Assembly: GCA_036172245.1 (NCBI GenBank)
Contig: JAYWIR010000006.1
Location: forward strand, 2,666,001 to 2,730,000
Direction: 5' to 3'
From: Raillietiella orientalis
Taxonomy: Eukaryota
DNA: 64,000 nt
Translations under genes and position numbers: made by a program
The notes under the pieces: model-generated
Databases searched by the model: none
What the model saw: the letters and a program-made list of their open reading frames with translations, nothing else
What the model was told of the DNA's origin: nothing
Shown here: positions 13,400 through 26,400 of the stretch, one piece after another
How the letters are laid out: every line of letters starts with the position of its first letter
How positions within the stretch are numbered: the first letter of the stretch is position 1

Positions 13400-14250
13400 C
13401 GGCTGAGCCTTCCAGCTTGGATGATGCGAGGCTGTCCGGCTGCGGAGATTCCCGCGTCTGAAGAGCGGGATTCAGGATGGAAGCTGTCGGTTCGCCGATC
13501 GCTAGCCGGCGCTGAAAGAGCTCTGGCGTCCTTCCAAAAGCCTTCCCATTTCCTTCGGTCGGAGCCAGGCCATTCGGCCCAGAGCGGAGTGAACCCGGGT
13601 CCCGTGTCTTGGAATCGGGAAACTACCACGCTTCGCTTTAGTAGCGCACCCTGATGACTTGCTGGACCTTCGGGGCACCCATAAGAGCCATAAGGAGGAC
13701 TGATAGGAGAGGTCGATCGTTGGAGGCACGCACCTCGTCTTCCGACGAAGCAACCTCCGGAAGTGCTCGAGCAGGGAAACCGCGGGCTGGAAACTCTTCC
13801 CTCCCTCTTCCGTGGGACTATCGAAGAACTGCGGAAGAAGCCGGGTGACCCCATTCTGCGCAGACGCAGAAATCCGGGTTCCCATGGAAATGAGCGTGGC
13901 TTGCCTTCTCTCTTCCAACCTCGTTCCTGTGCCGGTGCGCCGGAACCGCAGGAGTCGCAAAAGAGAGTCCCCTGACCTCGTCGCCGGTGCCGGAAGCGCA
14001 CGGTGGTCTGTGGAAAAGGGTCGGAAGACCCGCGAGTCTTCCCCTGTAGCGGATCGGAAATTACAGACCGCGGAGACGCGAGGGCGTCGCTGTTCCAGGA
14101 AGCGGGGGACCCCAAGAATCCCGGGCTTTCCGGGTCCGCACGGAACGAGACCGTGCGGCTCGCAGGAGCCGCCGGATCCCGGCAGCTTCGGTGGCGTCGA
14201 CGACAAGCACAGGAAGTGCTCAGAGGGACGTTTGAAGATTCAAGGTCGCG
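13400..14250 (+). mobile_element. Possible decayed non-LTR RT relic
   Basis: QSGVNPGPVS, VAHPDDLL, SNLRKC and FGGVD appear in RT motif order across frames, in GC-rich sequence. Confidence 0.3.
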
Positions 14251-15399
14251 GTCCTTGCTCTGCTTCAGCACAGACCTACTTCGCCTCCTTACACGCGGGG
14301 TTCACTCCGGGGACGTCATCAGAAAGGCGCGCGCGAAGGAGAGCAAGGGAATAGGAAGAGGGAGTTCCCATGAGATGCTCGTGAGCAGATGGAAAAGTTG
14401 CGACTGGTGCTGGCGACGAGGGGCATGAGCAGCATTCTGTGCGGGTTCCGCCCTCCGTTGGATTCCGGCAGACAGCTCCGATGAGTCGCCTCTTCGGGGA
14501 CCTCTTTGAGTCTTGGGGTTCCTATGTCCCCTACCAAGAGCTTCCGCTGGGAATGCTGCCTCTCGGAAGAGAAGTCCCCCTCTCTGCCGTTTCCAGGGTA
14601 TCTCTCCGCTGCCTAGAGGGTCCACGATACCGCCTCGATCCGGGCCGAGGCGCAAGCGACCCCTGCACGGAGCTCCGGAGATCTTCGCTTGCCAACGCAA
14701 CTCCCCACCAGGTGGTAGACTTGAGGCTTGCCGTCTCCACCGATGACTTTGGACTCTGCGGGAGCGGAAGGGAAGGCGACAAGCGCGCTGCGGGTCGGGG
14801 ATCGACACATCGGGAGAGCCCCCTGTAGACGAACGGTAGATGTGGAGGGGCAGGTGCGGGGAGACGCGGTCAAGCCGCCCTTGAAGGATCCTGCCGCGAG
14901 GCCCTTCCTCGCCTTGGCAGCTTCTTCCAGGGCTTCCTCGAACGCTCCTTCGGCGTCTGCTGAAGCTTCCCAAGGGAACTCCCTCCACTCTCCTCCCCAG
15001 AATTCTCCCGCTAGCGCGAGAAAGGGAGTCTCGGAGGTTACAAAAGAGGTCCCGTGGCCTATCATCATCGGCGCCGGAAGCGCACGGTGACCTGCAGGAA
15101 AGGGACGAAGGCTGTCGGGAATTCCGCGGCACCGGAAGGAGTTGGGGTCGCCTCACGAGTGGCTTCCGAGGGTTCTGGAAGCCAGATGGAAGCAGCGCAC
15201 AAGAAGTGATCCCGAGTATCCTTATCACCGCGTGCCGTTCTCGCGCCTGCCTGAAGGGAGGAAAGGAGGTCGTTCCTCCTGCCTTCAGCAAGGAGTGGCT
15301 GCTCCACAGAAGGTGCCTCCTTTGATGGGAGGGCAAGGTGGGAGATAAGGGAGGCCGCGTGCACGGAAGGAGCCTCGCGGCAGCTGCGGAATCTCCGCG

Positions 15400-16900
15400 A
15401 AAGGGGGAGCCGGAAAGATGGCAAAAGAGTGGTGCACTTGAGGGAAGTGCACCCTTCAGGGGAGCACCGCACCACCAGGTACTAGAACAGGAGGCTTGGG
15501 AGAACGAGAAAAGATAGAGTGCTGCTCAGTGGAACGAGTGAGGGACATTCCAGGCCAATGGACCTAGCGTTCTCAACCAAACTCACGAATCTACGAAAGG
15601 GGAGAGGAGCGACGACCGTTGCCTGGGAACCGATGCTCGGAAAGTGTTGTGAGAACACTCTGCAGGGCTCCTAATGGACGATTCCTTGATCCTTCCCGTC
15701 GATGGTCTCCCATCTTTTCCCTGGATGTTTCTTTGATTTTTCTACCAGATGGCTCTCTGGTCCCAAAGAATGTAGCGGCAGGACAAAGGTTTCCGCCATT
15801 GAGATGGAGGTCAGAGTCCCGATCGGGGTGCCTAAATCCAGGTTCACCGCCTTCCGCAAAGAGCGGACAGCGAAGAGACGATGGCGGAGAAGGACGTGAG
15901 TGGGGAGATCCTCTGGTATTCTCATGAAAGGCGCTTGAAGGAAGCTGGCCGATTCTCCCCTAGCGCGGTGGTAATAAACCCTGCCGGGGATGCGCCTTAC
16001 GGGCTGCAAGTTCTCGCATGTCCCGCGCGTTCCTGGTATCCTGGCTATCTGACCGCGAGTCGGGAAACAGACAAAGGATCGATCTTGCTGCCAGTTTCTG
16101 CCATTCTTTTTTTTTTGTGTGTTTTTTCCTCCTCGAGAAGTTGGCGCACATCTTAAATCTCTGCCCGCTGTACTTTCTTCTCTGCACCAGGGGTTGATTG
16201 GCTGCATCGAGGAGACGAGGAGATCCTGTCTTGAGGCGTCGAGCTCTCTCCTGACCTCGTTCCGAGAAAGGGGAACCAACCTCACGATACCGGAGGCGAT
16301 ACCTGTGTCTCCAGATGGGCAGCACGCTTATCTGGAGATACACTGGCAGCGTCCTAGAAGGTGCTCCAAGGGAAAGAAAGAAGACGTTGGAATTATGCAC
16401 TCTCACTTTCCCTGTCGGGGACCGGAGAGTCAGTTCTTGGAATTCTCTTCGGGTCATTGGGATGTCAGGAGCCCGGAATAACAATGACCTGCAAGAGTTT
16501 CGGAAACCAGAGCACTGAGGGACCGAACGCGACTCTGAGTCTCTCATATTAGCCTCAACAGAGCTCCTATGAGAGACTCTCTTAGCCGCGGGTTCGAATT
16601 CCGGCGGGTGCGCCTTCCCGGCAGAGACCGTGTCTTCCTCTACGAGGGAGCTGGGCAGGTCGAGAAAGCGGCGCACGTTGGCTTGGAGCGCTGGACTTCC
16701 TTTCCGTGCTTTTACAAAAAAATGGGGTTTGCGGGTGCGGACAGGGATGGCGACGATGCATTTGCGCCCACAATCCTGAAGAACTGAGTGGACACTGCGG
16801 TGGTAAAGAGCAGAAGGAGTCACAAATGGTCGAGCGAAGTGGAGACCCCCGCGTTGGCACTCTGAAGGTTTTGCGGGCACGAAAGCCGTCAGGTAGCTTC
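15400..16900 (-). mobile_element. Possible decayed non-LTR RT relic
   Basis: PMTRREFQELTLRSPTGK, RIPGTRGTCENL, ASFLQAPF..THVLL and ENARSIGL appear in RT motif order. Confidence 0.3.
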
Positions 16901-17589
16901 TGCGGCATGCGATCCGCGCGGGTAGCTTCCAGGACGCGAAGCAGGTCCGCGGAGGTCCTTCCCGGCGGGAAAAGGAAAGTGAGATCTACCGGGACGGCAG
17001 GAGGCCGGCAGCGACGACAACTCAGCGACCGGACGGAAGCGAGGGCTTCCGGTAAGCTTCGCCGCCCCGCCCGGGACGGAGAGGACTCGATGCCACATCT
17101 GGCTCTGCGGGTTTCTGGCGAAGTCGGAGTCATCCGTCTTGTGCAGGGGCGCGAGAGACGGGCGGGCGAGACTGCAGGGCGTTCTCGGAGGCCGGACGGG
17201 AAGGCTATGTCGCGCCGCCCCTCATCCTCAGCGAGCAGGTGGGCGCTCGGCGTCTCTTCGGGAGGCAAGAAACGGGTGCGGCGGTCCCGAAACCTCCCGC
17301 GCCGCGCGCATGCAGCGGTGTGCGGGCAGCCGAACGTTGGAGCGGAGCTTAGCGGTGCGGTGAAAAAGCAGGAAGGACGAAGAGAAGGCAAGCACGGGGG
17401 ACCAGCCCGCTTTCCGGGAGTGTCGCCCACAAGGAGAGCTGACTCTGCACATCGGGCAAGACGAGGGTAGCTAGGAAAGGCGGAGTTCCCCTTCCCCTCT
17501 CCCCGGAACTGCCGCCTCTCCTGCCTCCCGTGGCGCGTGGCGGTCGGGTAAACTTTCTCATGAGGAATCGCTGCTGGATGAGGGGCGCG

Positions 17590-17930
17590 TCGATGCACCG
17601 GTCCACTAACTGTGGAAAGATCCATCGGCGAACGGGCTGCCTACAGGGGAAAAGGTGGACAAGTAGTCCGTTGGTCAACAGGAGAGTCAGCAGTAGCCAA
17701 GAAATTTACTAATAGACGGAGGGTGGACCTGTGAGGAAAGGAGAGGAGGAAGACTTGGGACTCATAACGGGTTCCTTGGCAAGCGAAGGTTCCACCGATG
17801 GGTGAAAGATCTGTGGATGGACAAGGACCCCTCCGATAAACAGTAAATCCGCGGCAAACTAGCGTAACGAGAAAAAGGTGTATCGGTAAACGAAGTGGGA
17901 AAATCGACCGGTGGACAGACGATTCATGGA
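17590..17930. repeat. Degenerate ~18-20 bp minisatellite (consensus roughly GATCCACTAGTGGACAAAG) downstream of the exon C donor
   Basis: Recurrent variants include ggtccactaactgtggaaag, gtggacaag, ggttccaccgatgggtgaaag and atcgaccggtggacagacg. Confidence 0.5.
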
Positions 17931-18069
17931 ATGCCAATTGGAGGACGGCACTCCCACCAGCGGGTAAAAAGCTTCGCCGGCTTCCGCCGCCGGAGTAGTC
18001 GACCCTTCCGCGTTCGCGAACGCCGGACGCGGTATCGTCGCGCATTCGCAGAGAGCGACCGAATCGTAC

Positions 18070-18387
18070 CTCTGACCACGTGGATGACGATGCTCGCAGG
18101 GTTCCAGTTGAAAGGCTTACACGTGTATTTTCCTCCGTCTTCCGTCCACACTTTGAACAAAGACAGCGTGACGACGAGAGTGTCGTTATCATACTTTCTT
18201 TTCGAGATGTTGATGCCCGTCTCTTCGATCTGGTTGTTCTCCAGGTCACTCTGCAGCTGCCTGCCGTCTTTGTACCACATCACATAGGCGGGCTCTTCAA
18301 TGAACCTTCTCATCTGGCAGCTTAGCTGGACGCTGCTGCCCGCCTGCACGTGCAGCTCCTTCCCGTTGGTGATGGCCACCTCGGGAA
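18070..18387 (-). CDS. Dpr-family Ig gene, coding exon C (Ig domain 2)
   Basis: Acceptor gaatttttccAG| and donor |GTACG. The 318 nt exon is phase 1-1. It encodes (V)PEVAITNGKELHVQAGSSVQLSC...VMWYKDG...LSLFKVWTEDGGKYTCKPFNWNPASIVIHVVR(G), with the Ig Cys, Trp and D.G.YTC motifs and a Dpr D2-like PA.V.VHV..G end. Confidence 0.93.
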
Positions 18388-20139
18388 CTGGAAAAATTCG
18401 TGCTAGGTTCACAGTCGGAGGAAGAAAGGGGGTGGACGGAAGAATTCCTGGAGGGTCGGAGCTGAGAGGAGGTGAGGAATGCTTGAGGGCGAATCAGGCC
18501 CCTTCGCTCTCTCTTCCTCCTCCACGTTTGCTGTTTCGGGGGGAAGGAGATGGGTGGAATTTTTCCGTTACGCGAGAAGTGAACTTCGAAGCGCTTGTAC
18601 TCAAGGAAGAGGAGGAACACGACTGGGTCACAACAGCGTCCAGCAGCCGACGAAAGGAAGGGAAGGGCTGGCGCGCGCGCGCGCGTGCATCGTTGCCCAG
18701 TAGGGCCCTGTTTGCCTTCGCTCCCTCTCCACTAGTCTTCCGAATTACAGGCCCTTCTGCCGGCGAGATTCAGATGGAAATCAGGGTGACTCTGGATTCC
18801 AACCAAGGCACGCTAGAGTCCCGCATCTCTTGAATCGTGTCGACCGAGCTTCAGCCGTCACAGAGGAGAGGCGGCAGATTCTTCGTCTTCCTCGCTTCTC
18901 GAATCTCAACTTTCCCTCACCCCCATCCTCTTTGCGCTTCGACCCTGCCACCTCTAACAGGAGAGCTCACGTCCAGATGAGAGAGAAAAAAAAAAAAAAA
19001 GGCTGCATCTGTCGCGACAATCCATTTCTCTGGAGTGTCTCGCACCAAGCATCTGACAGCGCAGCTCCTGTAGTTTTCCCTGCTCCCGAACGACTGCACC
19101 ATAATTCACGTCGCAACCTTTCCATCCTGTCCCATGACTCTCTGCCGCTCAGACTCCATTGGGGTGACTCACGTTGGTTCGCTGCTTAGAAACCAGCGCA
19201 TTTCCCCCTTTGCGTCTTTTCAGCCCGGAGACCAGGAGACTTCCGTCAGGCTGTGCTTGAAATTGGCTCCTTTCTGAGCAAGGAGAGGGTGCTGAAGAGC
19301 GCTTCATGAGTTGCAAAACCCCACAGCTTTAAGCGGCCTCCCGTTGGTGAGTCCAGGGACGTGGCTCCCTTCCATCTGGTCCGCACCATCGTCGAGGGAG
19401 CGGAAAACAACAAAAGGCCACCATGAAAGGCCACCGGGATCAGAAGCGGAAGGATAAGAATGGAGCTAGGCAATCCTCATCGACAGGGCGTTAGGGGAGG
19501 TGCACTCGGACACGGGCGCGTCTCGATGAAGGGTCGCGCTGACCTCGGAGCACCTTCGCAGCTCGGCATTTTCCGGCGCGCTGCCGCATCGAACCCGCCC
19601 GCCTGCCGTAGTACAGGCGACACCGTGTCCAGCACCGAGGTAGGACAGCCCCTGGCTTCCGCTGTCTCCAGGATGGCGCGGAAGTAGTGACCGAGGAACG
19701 AGGAAACCCGGACAGAGTGCTCACGTGGCATCTCCGTTGTTTCGAGCAACCAAGGCGAAAATATCGCCGAGGGTTGAGCAGCCGTTCGCATTCTTTCAGC
19801 TGCTCCCTCCACACGAATCGCCTTCCATCGTCAAAGACGTCCGACGGCCCCCCCCTGCAATCCCGGATCCCACAGGGAGGTGGAACTCCAGGTGGATTGA
19901 GGAAGTGGCTCCGGACTCAGTGCAGAATAAACCATGCAGTAGGATTCCTTCTGGGAGTAAGGAAGGATTCCAAGTCACGAAAATAGGGAAGCTCTCATTG
20001 AGATGACGTGAGAATCAGCTGCCCTTACGCACGAAACGTAGAAGGGCATTGGGGAAAGAGTGGTGGGGATAGAGAGCCGTTGATTGGGCTGGTTGATGAG
20101 GCGGCAGGGAAGCAGCAGATTCAATTCCTCGCTTTTTCT

Positions 20140-20530
20140 CTTGATCGATAAACGAAGGACTTCCTAGCTGGCAGCGTCGACAAACACGCGGTCCCCTACT
20201 AGTCGAGGGGACAAGCGGGTGATCCACTAAGCGAGTGATGCACTTGTGGGCAGGGTCCAAGAACGAGGGGGTCACTAGTAGACGAAGGAGGCAAGCAAGC
20301 GCTCCGCCAGTGAACGTGATCGATAAATGAGTGATCCATCAGTGGATCCTCAAAGGGAGGATCGAAAAGCGAAAGACCCACTAGTGGAGAAAAGATAAGT
20401 CCGTGAAAAAGGGGATTGTTGCTTGGACAAATAATCGCTTGAAAGAAAGGTGCGCGGATCGAGAAAAGTTTTACTAGTGGACAAAGGATTCACTGGTGGG
20501 CGAGGGATCCACAGGTAGATAAGCTCGATC
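20140..20530. repeat. Degenerate ~18-20 bp minisatellite downstream of the duplicated exon end
   Basis: Recurrent variants include gatccactaagcgag, ggtcactagtagacgaagg, gacccactagtggagaaaag, tttactagtggacaaagg and attcactggtgggcgagg. Confidence 0.55.
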
Positions 20531-20577
20531 TTCGATGCTTTGGTGGGCGCGCAAGTGCGACGCAGCAGCTACCGCAC

Positions 20578-20736
20578 CTCTGACTATGTGGACGACGATG
20601 CTCGCAGGATTCCCGTTTCGAGTGGACCGCCCAGCGCCGACTACAGATTTTGCTCCACCTCCCTTTCCATGTGGCCCGCCGGCTCGGAGAGCTCCGTCTG
20701 ATGGCCCATGGCGACCCTGCCCTGGCCCCCGCGGAG
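20578..20736 (-). other. Partial duplicate of exon C 3' end; candidate phase 1-1 cassette exon or pseudo-exon
   Basis: 20576-20617 matches 18068-18109 at 37/42 nt, including the donor (AGAG|GT). It encodes ...NGNPASIVVHIVRG versus NWNPASIVIHVVRG in exon C. An upstream CAG (gccgcag|) gives a 159 nt stop-free in-frame exon. Confidence 0.5.
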
Positions 20737-22099
20737 CTGCGGCACCAGAAATGTAGGGGAAGCGAAGATGATGGGAGGAGGTCCAGCAAATCGGATACCC
20801 AGGCAGAAATCGGCCGTTTCTGCGGCTGCTGTCTCGTGAGGGGGGTCCCCGGGTTTTATCTCGAGGGAAAGGGCATCCGGCGCCCCTGGTTGGGTGTTCC
20901 TGAAGGCCCTGACACGCCCCCCTTCCTGTGGGCGACAGCACAGCCGAGGTTCGGCGTCCCAAAGCAGGGAATGCACATGGGAATACAAGCAAAATGCCGC
21001 CGTCACTCTCAGGTGCCCTCCGATACCGAAGAAAGCGAGGATGGGGGGGAGGGCTACTGGAATTTCCTCCTCTTCCTTCCGGGTCGTCCGCTGGGGGACC
21101 CTCAGCAGTCACGACGGGAGACGTTTGCTTTTCTTAGGGCCCAAAGAGTCGGCGGCCCTTACCCTCTCGTCCACTCTGCTGGACCGTCAGCACATCTTTG
21201 CGTGCAGCTCCCTGCTGTCACTCTCAGCATCCCTTGATCTGCGATGTCAACAAAACCGCGTCCCGAGTGTTGATACACGGCTCGCTGATCCCGCAGTCGG
21301 GATCTCGGAGAGCTCTTCCTGCTTCCAAAACCGGGAAAAGCACACATGCCCGGGAGAAGCGTTCCCATCCCTTTTCCTCCCTGAACCACACGCAAACGAA
21401 ACTGCTATCGCAGCAGCATCCCCTTCGTAGCGACCGACCGTCGTCCCTACCTCAGGATCCCATGCCGCCTGTTGTGGGGTTTTCCCACCGCTTCCATGTG
21501 GCGGTTACCTCAAAGGGAGGAGACAGGGTGCGCCAACGGGTGCGCATCCCAGAGAGATTCTAGGAAAGCGCGGCCAAAGAGATCTGCACTTAGAGTGCCA
21601 GGAAAAGGGGAAGCCCTTGGGAAGAGTGGAGGAAGCGACTCCCTAGAGGAGGCCGAGGAGCAGACTAAGGCTCCTGGGAGCAGGCTGGAGAGCGCGATAG
21701 ACGTGCGGTCGATGTCTCAGGAAGAAGGAAGCACCACCCCAAAGGGAAACTGCGCACAGCTGCAGCCATTAAATGCGAATTTATCTATTAGGGACGCAAG
21801 AAGATGGACCTGGAGAAGATGGTCGGCACACAGACGGAGAGCAAGAGAACGAAGAACATGGAGACGGTGTGCAAGAAGCGGCATAATGAATACAACAGAC
21901 GAGATGAAGATGATGAACAAGAAGCACAGCCTGTCCTTCAGTTCTCTGAACGTCTTCGTTCAATGCACGTGGAAGGCCACCAACATGGCGAGAGGACAAG
22001 TCCCGGCGCTATGGAAACTACAAATGCCTGCTTCGGGAACATTCTCCTTCTCGCTCATCCCCTTTGCTGGAGGGCAGCCACGTGTGTGCGTTTCTCGGG

Positions 22100-24280
22100 T
22101 CCACAGCAGCGATGGGTAGGTGTCGTTCTAATCTTCGTAAGGATGCGTGACCGCCACCCGCAGCCGTCCTGACTCCTCTCCTCCCCCTTCCAGAAGTGGG
22201 AAATCCCTTTTGCACGGAAGGAAAGATCGAATTGATCTCATCTGGGGAGGTTGCTGAGATCGATGGGTTCATGGCTGCACGCTCCGTCGCTCGGGTATTT
22301 TTCCTTCCCTCTTTGTGCGGATGGGAATCTGCTCCCGGATATTCCTTGCAGCTTTCCAACTGCCACGAAAGTGCGGCGTTCAAGGCGGCAGCTCGGGACC
22401 GCGCGCGCGCGAGGCTTCACTGTCTTCCATGATTCCCTTGTATTTCTCCAAAAAAAAGTCGTCTTCCGGGAGACCCGTACCCACCTCATGGCACCGTATA
22501 TCTAGTTTACGGGTATCAATCTCGAAGGCGGGTGTGAGAACTTCTTCTGCGGTTAACCGCTCTTCCTCTCGCACAGTTCCGCTCCTGCTGCCCTGCCATC
22601 CCTCTCCAGGAGCTCCTGGTGTTTCGACCAGAGCAAATGGCCGTCTTCTGGGGCAGCTAGAGGTCCAACCATCCCGTTCCAGGGGTCCGCGCCCCTCCTC
22701 CGCTGCTGCCCCTCGGCTTGAAAGTTGCAATCCATGTGCATCCGGTGGGGGAGGGATACACATGCCTTCGGAGATGCGCCCTCCTGATTGTTCCAGTGCA
22801 TCCCGGGAAAGCCCACCTGCCGAGAGGAAGATGCAGCAGCTCTCCAGAACTCATTTCGGGGAATTGAGCTACGGCTTTGGTGAGATTCGCCGAGAAAGTC
22901 CGAAAGGTGGATAACGAAGCATAGGACGTTCACTCGGGGTCAACCGGTCGGCGTGAGGGATTTTCCAGGAAACGTGATGAGGATCCGTCGTCGTGATCAC
23001 CTGAGATCGCTGAAGAAAGGATGGAAGTGATCAGGAGACTGTCCGAAGGAGTCAGAAGAGGAAGAATACAAGCAGTTAGAAAGATGCGACAGGGTGCCAG
23101 GAGACACAAGACAAGAGGATGGAGGACAAGAGAATTCCGGACATGAGGGCATGCGCAAGAAAGAGGAGGAAACGATGTGTCATCAGGAAGATCTGCAACT
23201 TCAAAATGAATGGAAAGAGGTTACAGGGAAAGAGATTCGTCCCAACGGATCTCGGAAGCACGGAAGGCGATCCCGGGAAGACGTCGCGTGTGGACCTGAC
23301 TGCCTCGACAAATCTTTCGGTCACGGAGAGAGGATCCATGCGTGAGATCGTTTTCTGGAAATCGGGGCAAGCGGAAGGGAAGGGCGATTCGAGGGGAGAA
23401 GGGAGCTGGATTTTCCTCACTTGGATGTGTGGGTGCAGGAGGGAATTGAGGAGGGAGAGAAGGAGTGAGAGAGAAGGAGTGAGAGAGTGAGAAAGAGGAG
23501 CAACTGGGAACTGATCTGAAGGAAGGAAGGAGTCCCAGAAGCAGCTCGGAACGAAGAGGTGCGATGACATCGCAGAAAAGGGGGGTGAGGAGAAGGAAAT
23601 CCCGTCAATTAGAATGCTTCCCAACAGTTAACGTGATTCGAATGGGAAACAAGGATGCGGTGGTGGAGAGCAAAGGATCGCTCCAGGACAGGCCAGAGGG
23701 GAACCCCACAGTGCGCCAAATGATGCAGACACAGCATTTCCTGCCCTCAAGGGGAATGCATGCCCTATAGAGCGGGGATTCGGTCTCGTGGCCCGCTCCC
23801 CTTCGAGACCGCGGCAAGAGGTCCGTCTCCAGAGATGACAGTTCCGGGACAAAAGCAAAAGAGAAGAAAGCTGCGAAGAACGATTCGTTTCCATGGAGAC
23901 GAATATCTGGTGCCAGCAGCATGGTAACTAAGGGCACTGAAGCCCCTCAAAGTGTCATCGAGCAAACGGCAGCGTCCCGCTGAATCGACCAAGCGGAGTG
24001 AAGAGACATAGAATCCTAGATTGCGGGTTGAAGCGGAGGGAAAGAGGCAACGACCAGATTCAAGGTGGATTCTGGTTCGCGAGCGGAAGACCTGATTTCC
24101 TGTAATCCAACTTCCGTTCTATAACAACGAGATCATCTCGGGAGAACCAAGCAGTAGCAGCAGCGTTCAGATTATCTTGGTTCTGGTCGAGGGAGCAGGC
24201 AGGAACTAAAGGAACAGAGCGCGCGTTGCGGAGGTTCAACGAAGCCACGACTACCCGGTCAGTGCCACTCAAGAATTGAA
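22100..24280 (-). mobile_element. Decayed APE-type LINE ORF2 relic
   Basis: RVVVASLNLRNARS (APE N-terminus) near 24250, LTAEEVLTPAFEIDTRK..GLPEDDF (RT domain 0) near 22500, and FPSVQKGF near 22210. Confidence 0.4.
23440..23530. repeat. GA-rich low-complexity tract
   Basis: gagagaaggagtgagagagaaggagtgagagagtgaga... is directly visible. Confidence 0.7.
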
Positions 24281-26059
24281 GCAGGAAAAGCTGGCACTGC
24301 TGACTACTAACCCTCCAACACCTGAGGTCCCACGAAGACCTAGCATTGACTTCGTTGGGGAGCTGGCTGAGTGGTTGCCCCGAAGCGATTCCGATTCACC
24401 CTCCTTTCGACCGGCACCTGGAGTCTGTCGACCGGTCAACTTGACATTGGGACTCCAGCCTTAGTGCCAAGCTGGAACTCACACACTTCGGCCACCGGTC
24501 ACTCTCTGAGCTGGGAATTCGAGCTGCGAAAAGCCCGCTGTTCCTCCTGGATCGAACCTCCACTTCGTCACCAAGAAACGGGACCATCTGGTCAACTTGA
24601 TCGAGGAAACTGGCGAAAGGGGAAGTAGGGTAGGAGATCAGACAATCCCGTGTCACAACTAGAGTCTGCTGTGGCGCTAAACAACGAAAATCCAGTCAGC
24701 TGACCACCGACTGAGAGCACGGACAGCTGGCTCGAAAAAAGACATGGCAACAAGACGAAATCGAACGCGGAGAAGACTCTCTTCTTATCAGGGACCGAGG
24801 AGCACCGACATCAGTGAGTGCTATGTTCTAGGGATCTCTGGGGAACCAGATCACGGAGAGCGCCATGGCAAACTCGGTGTCAAGCATCAGGGAGGAGATG
24901 GTGGTGCGCGTCAACATCCGGCAGTCGGAACGTGAACCGGAGAACTCGTTCTGGGAGATGAAGGACAACAGACCAGAGGGCGTGGAGATGGTGAGCAGGG
25001 AAATAAAGAGCAAAGGAATAGAGGACAGTGAAGGCGGTATGTTCAGGATGGTAAAGGGTCAGCATACTGGAAGATCAGGTTGTGTAAGCTGGAAACCTCC
25101 GCACAAGAACCCTCGCGAAACGAGGATGCGCACGCCGAAATTTCGCGAACGACAGGCGGCATCCGAGGTGTCCACTCGCAGCTTTCAGACAGGACGAGGC
25201 GGCGCACGTTTCTTGGAGATGAGGTTGGAACCGCCGCATGGGAAACTCTGCCAAAACGCTAGCGGTTTCCATGAGCGGACAGCTAACTCAAGGAAAATCT
25301 TCCGTAGACGCAGAAACATCCCAGCTCGAGGAAATCATCTTTCGCGTTTTCTTCTTTTGTCATCTTTTGACTTTTGAGGTTCCTCATGCGAGGTCGGACT
25401 CTCAGGGAACTGCGGAGGTCACGACGCGTGCCCCTGAAGTCGGCCACCTGCGGCCTTTACTCTCTTGGCCGATGCGAGCCTGCCTCCTGGCAGGTTTGCC
25501 TCGGCTCTTTCACAGAAAGTGCTCTTCCTTTCCCCTTATTGCGACTCCCGCATCTTCGTTCCGTTCCGAAGAAATAGAGATCTGCAAAGGATCTCGTCCC
25601 CGAGACTGACGCCTCCGCGTCTTCACTCAGAATCAGCAGAGCGTTGGAAAACTTCCGCAAGCATCCGCTCCTTCCCCCCGGCCCCTCTTCTTTCTTCCTC
25701 CTGTTTTCTTTCTGTGGCCACTCGGGTCACATCCAGAAGTATGCTCTGAGAGCAAGAAGAGTTTTCTCAGCAGCTAGTCTTTAAGAGCTTCGGGGTGCAA
25801 ACGGAGTGCCTGTCTGAGAAAGCGCTCGTTTCCATGGTTCTCGCCGGAGATCGAAAGCAACGGAGAGAACATCCGAATCTTGCAAACTGCAAGATGTGTG
25901 CATACATGCATATGTGTGTGCTCTTGTACACATACACCAACAGCCAGGCGCATGTATGTGCGCGCTCACAGAATGAATGCGGTGACGATGGCGATGAATG
26001 ACCTGCATTCCTGTGATGCAGGTCATCTTCCAATAATGAACTGACGAATCGGACAAGCT

Positions 26060-26400
26060 TCCCTGCGTTAAAAAGGGTTCAGCAACATATGAAGGGGGAG
26101 CGGTGGATCAACGTTCGTCAGTAACCTTTGAGGAGATGTCCCCTGACCTACTCGAGGAGAGCACAAAGATCAAGTAGGGAGAGGAACGCTTGTCAGTAAC
26201 CCCACACGAAGATGTGGTATTGCTTCCCTTCAAGACAAACACGATGTTTCCAAGTCGAGCGTATACTGACCTTGACTTTCGTATAAATTATGCAACATGC
26301 AAAGACAGGCACATCACTGGAAACGCAAGCTATCGATTTGCCCCAAAGGGAAGTGTTGAAAATGAAAGATTTCTTTTGTGTGTTTCCTTTGTTTTTGATA
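26060..26400 (+). mobile_element. Decayed RTE-like RT fragment
   Basis: MSPDLLEESTKIK*GEERLSVTPHEDVVLLP...DLDFRINYATCK parallels LSP.LF...I.G..I..L.YADD.VL...GL.IN..KTK. Confidence 0.4.

Noticed and set aside
14439..14828. DLRLAVSTDDFGL and YQELPLGML resembling a CACTA transposase, viral RdRp motif C or an RT
   Set aside because: Motif order and spacing do not fit any of these families and no supporting motifs were found.
17590..20530. Semi-palindromic repeated units resembling a CRISPR array
   Set aside because: The units are degenerate and contiguous without unique fixed-length spacers, there are no cas genes, and the context is eukaryotic.
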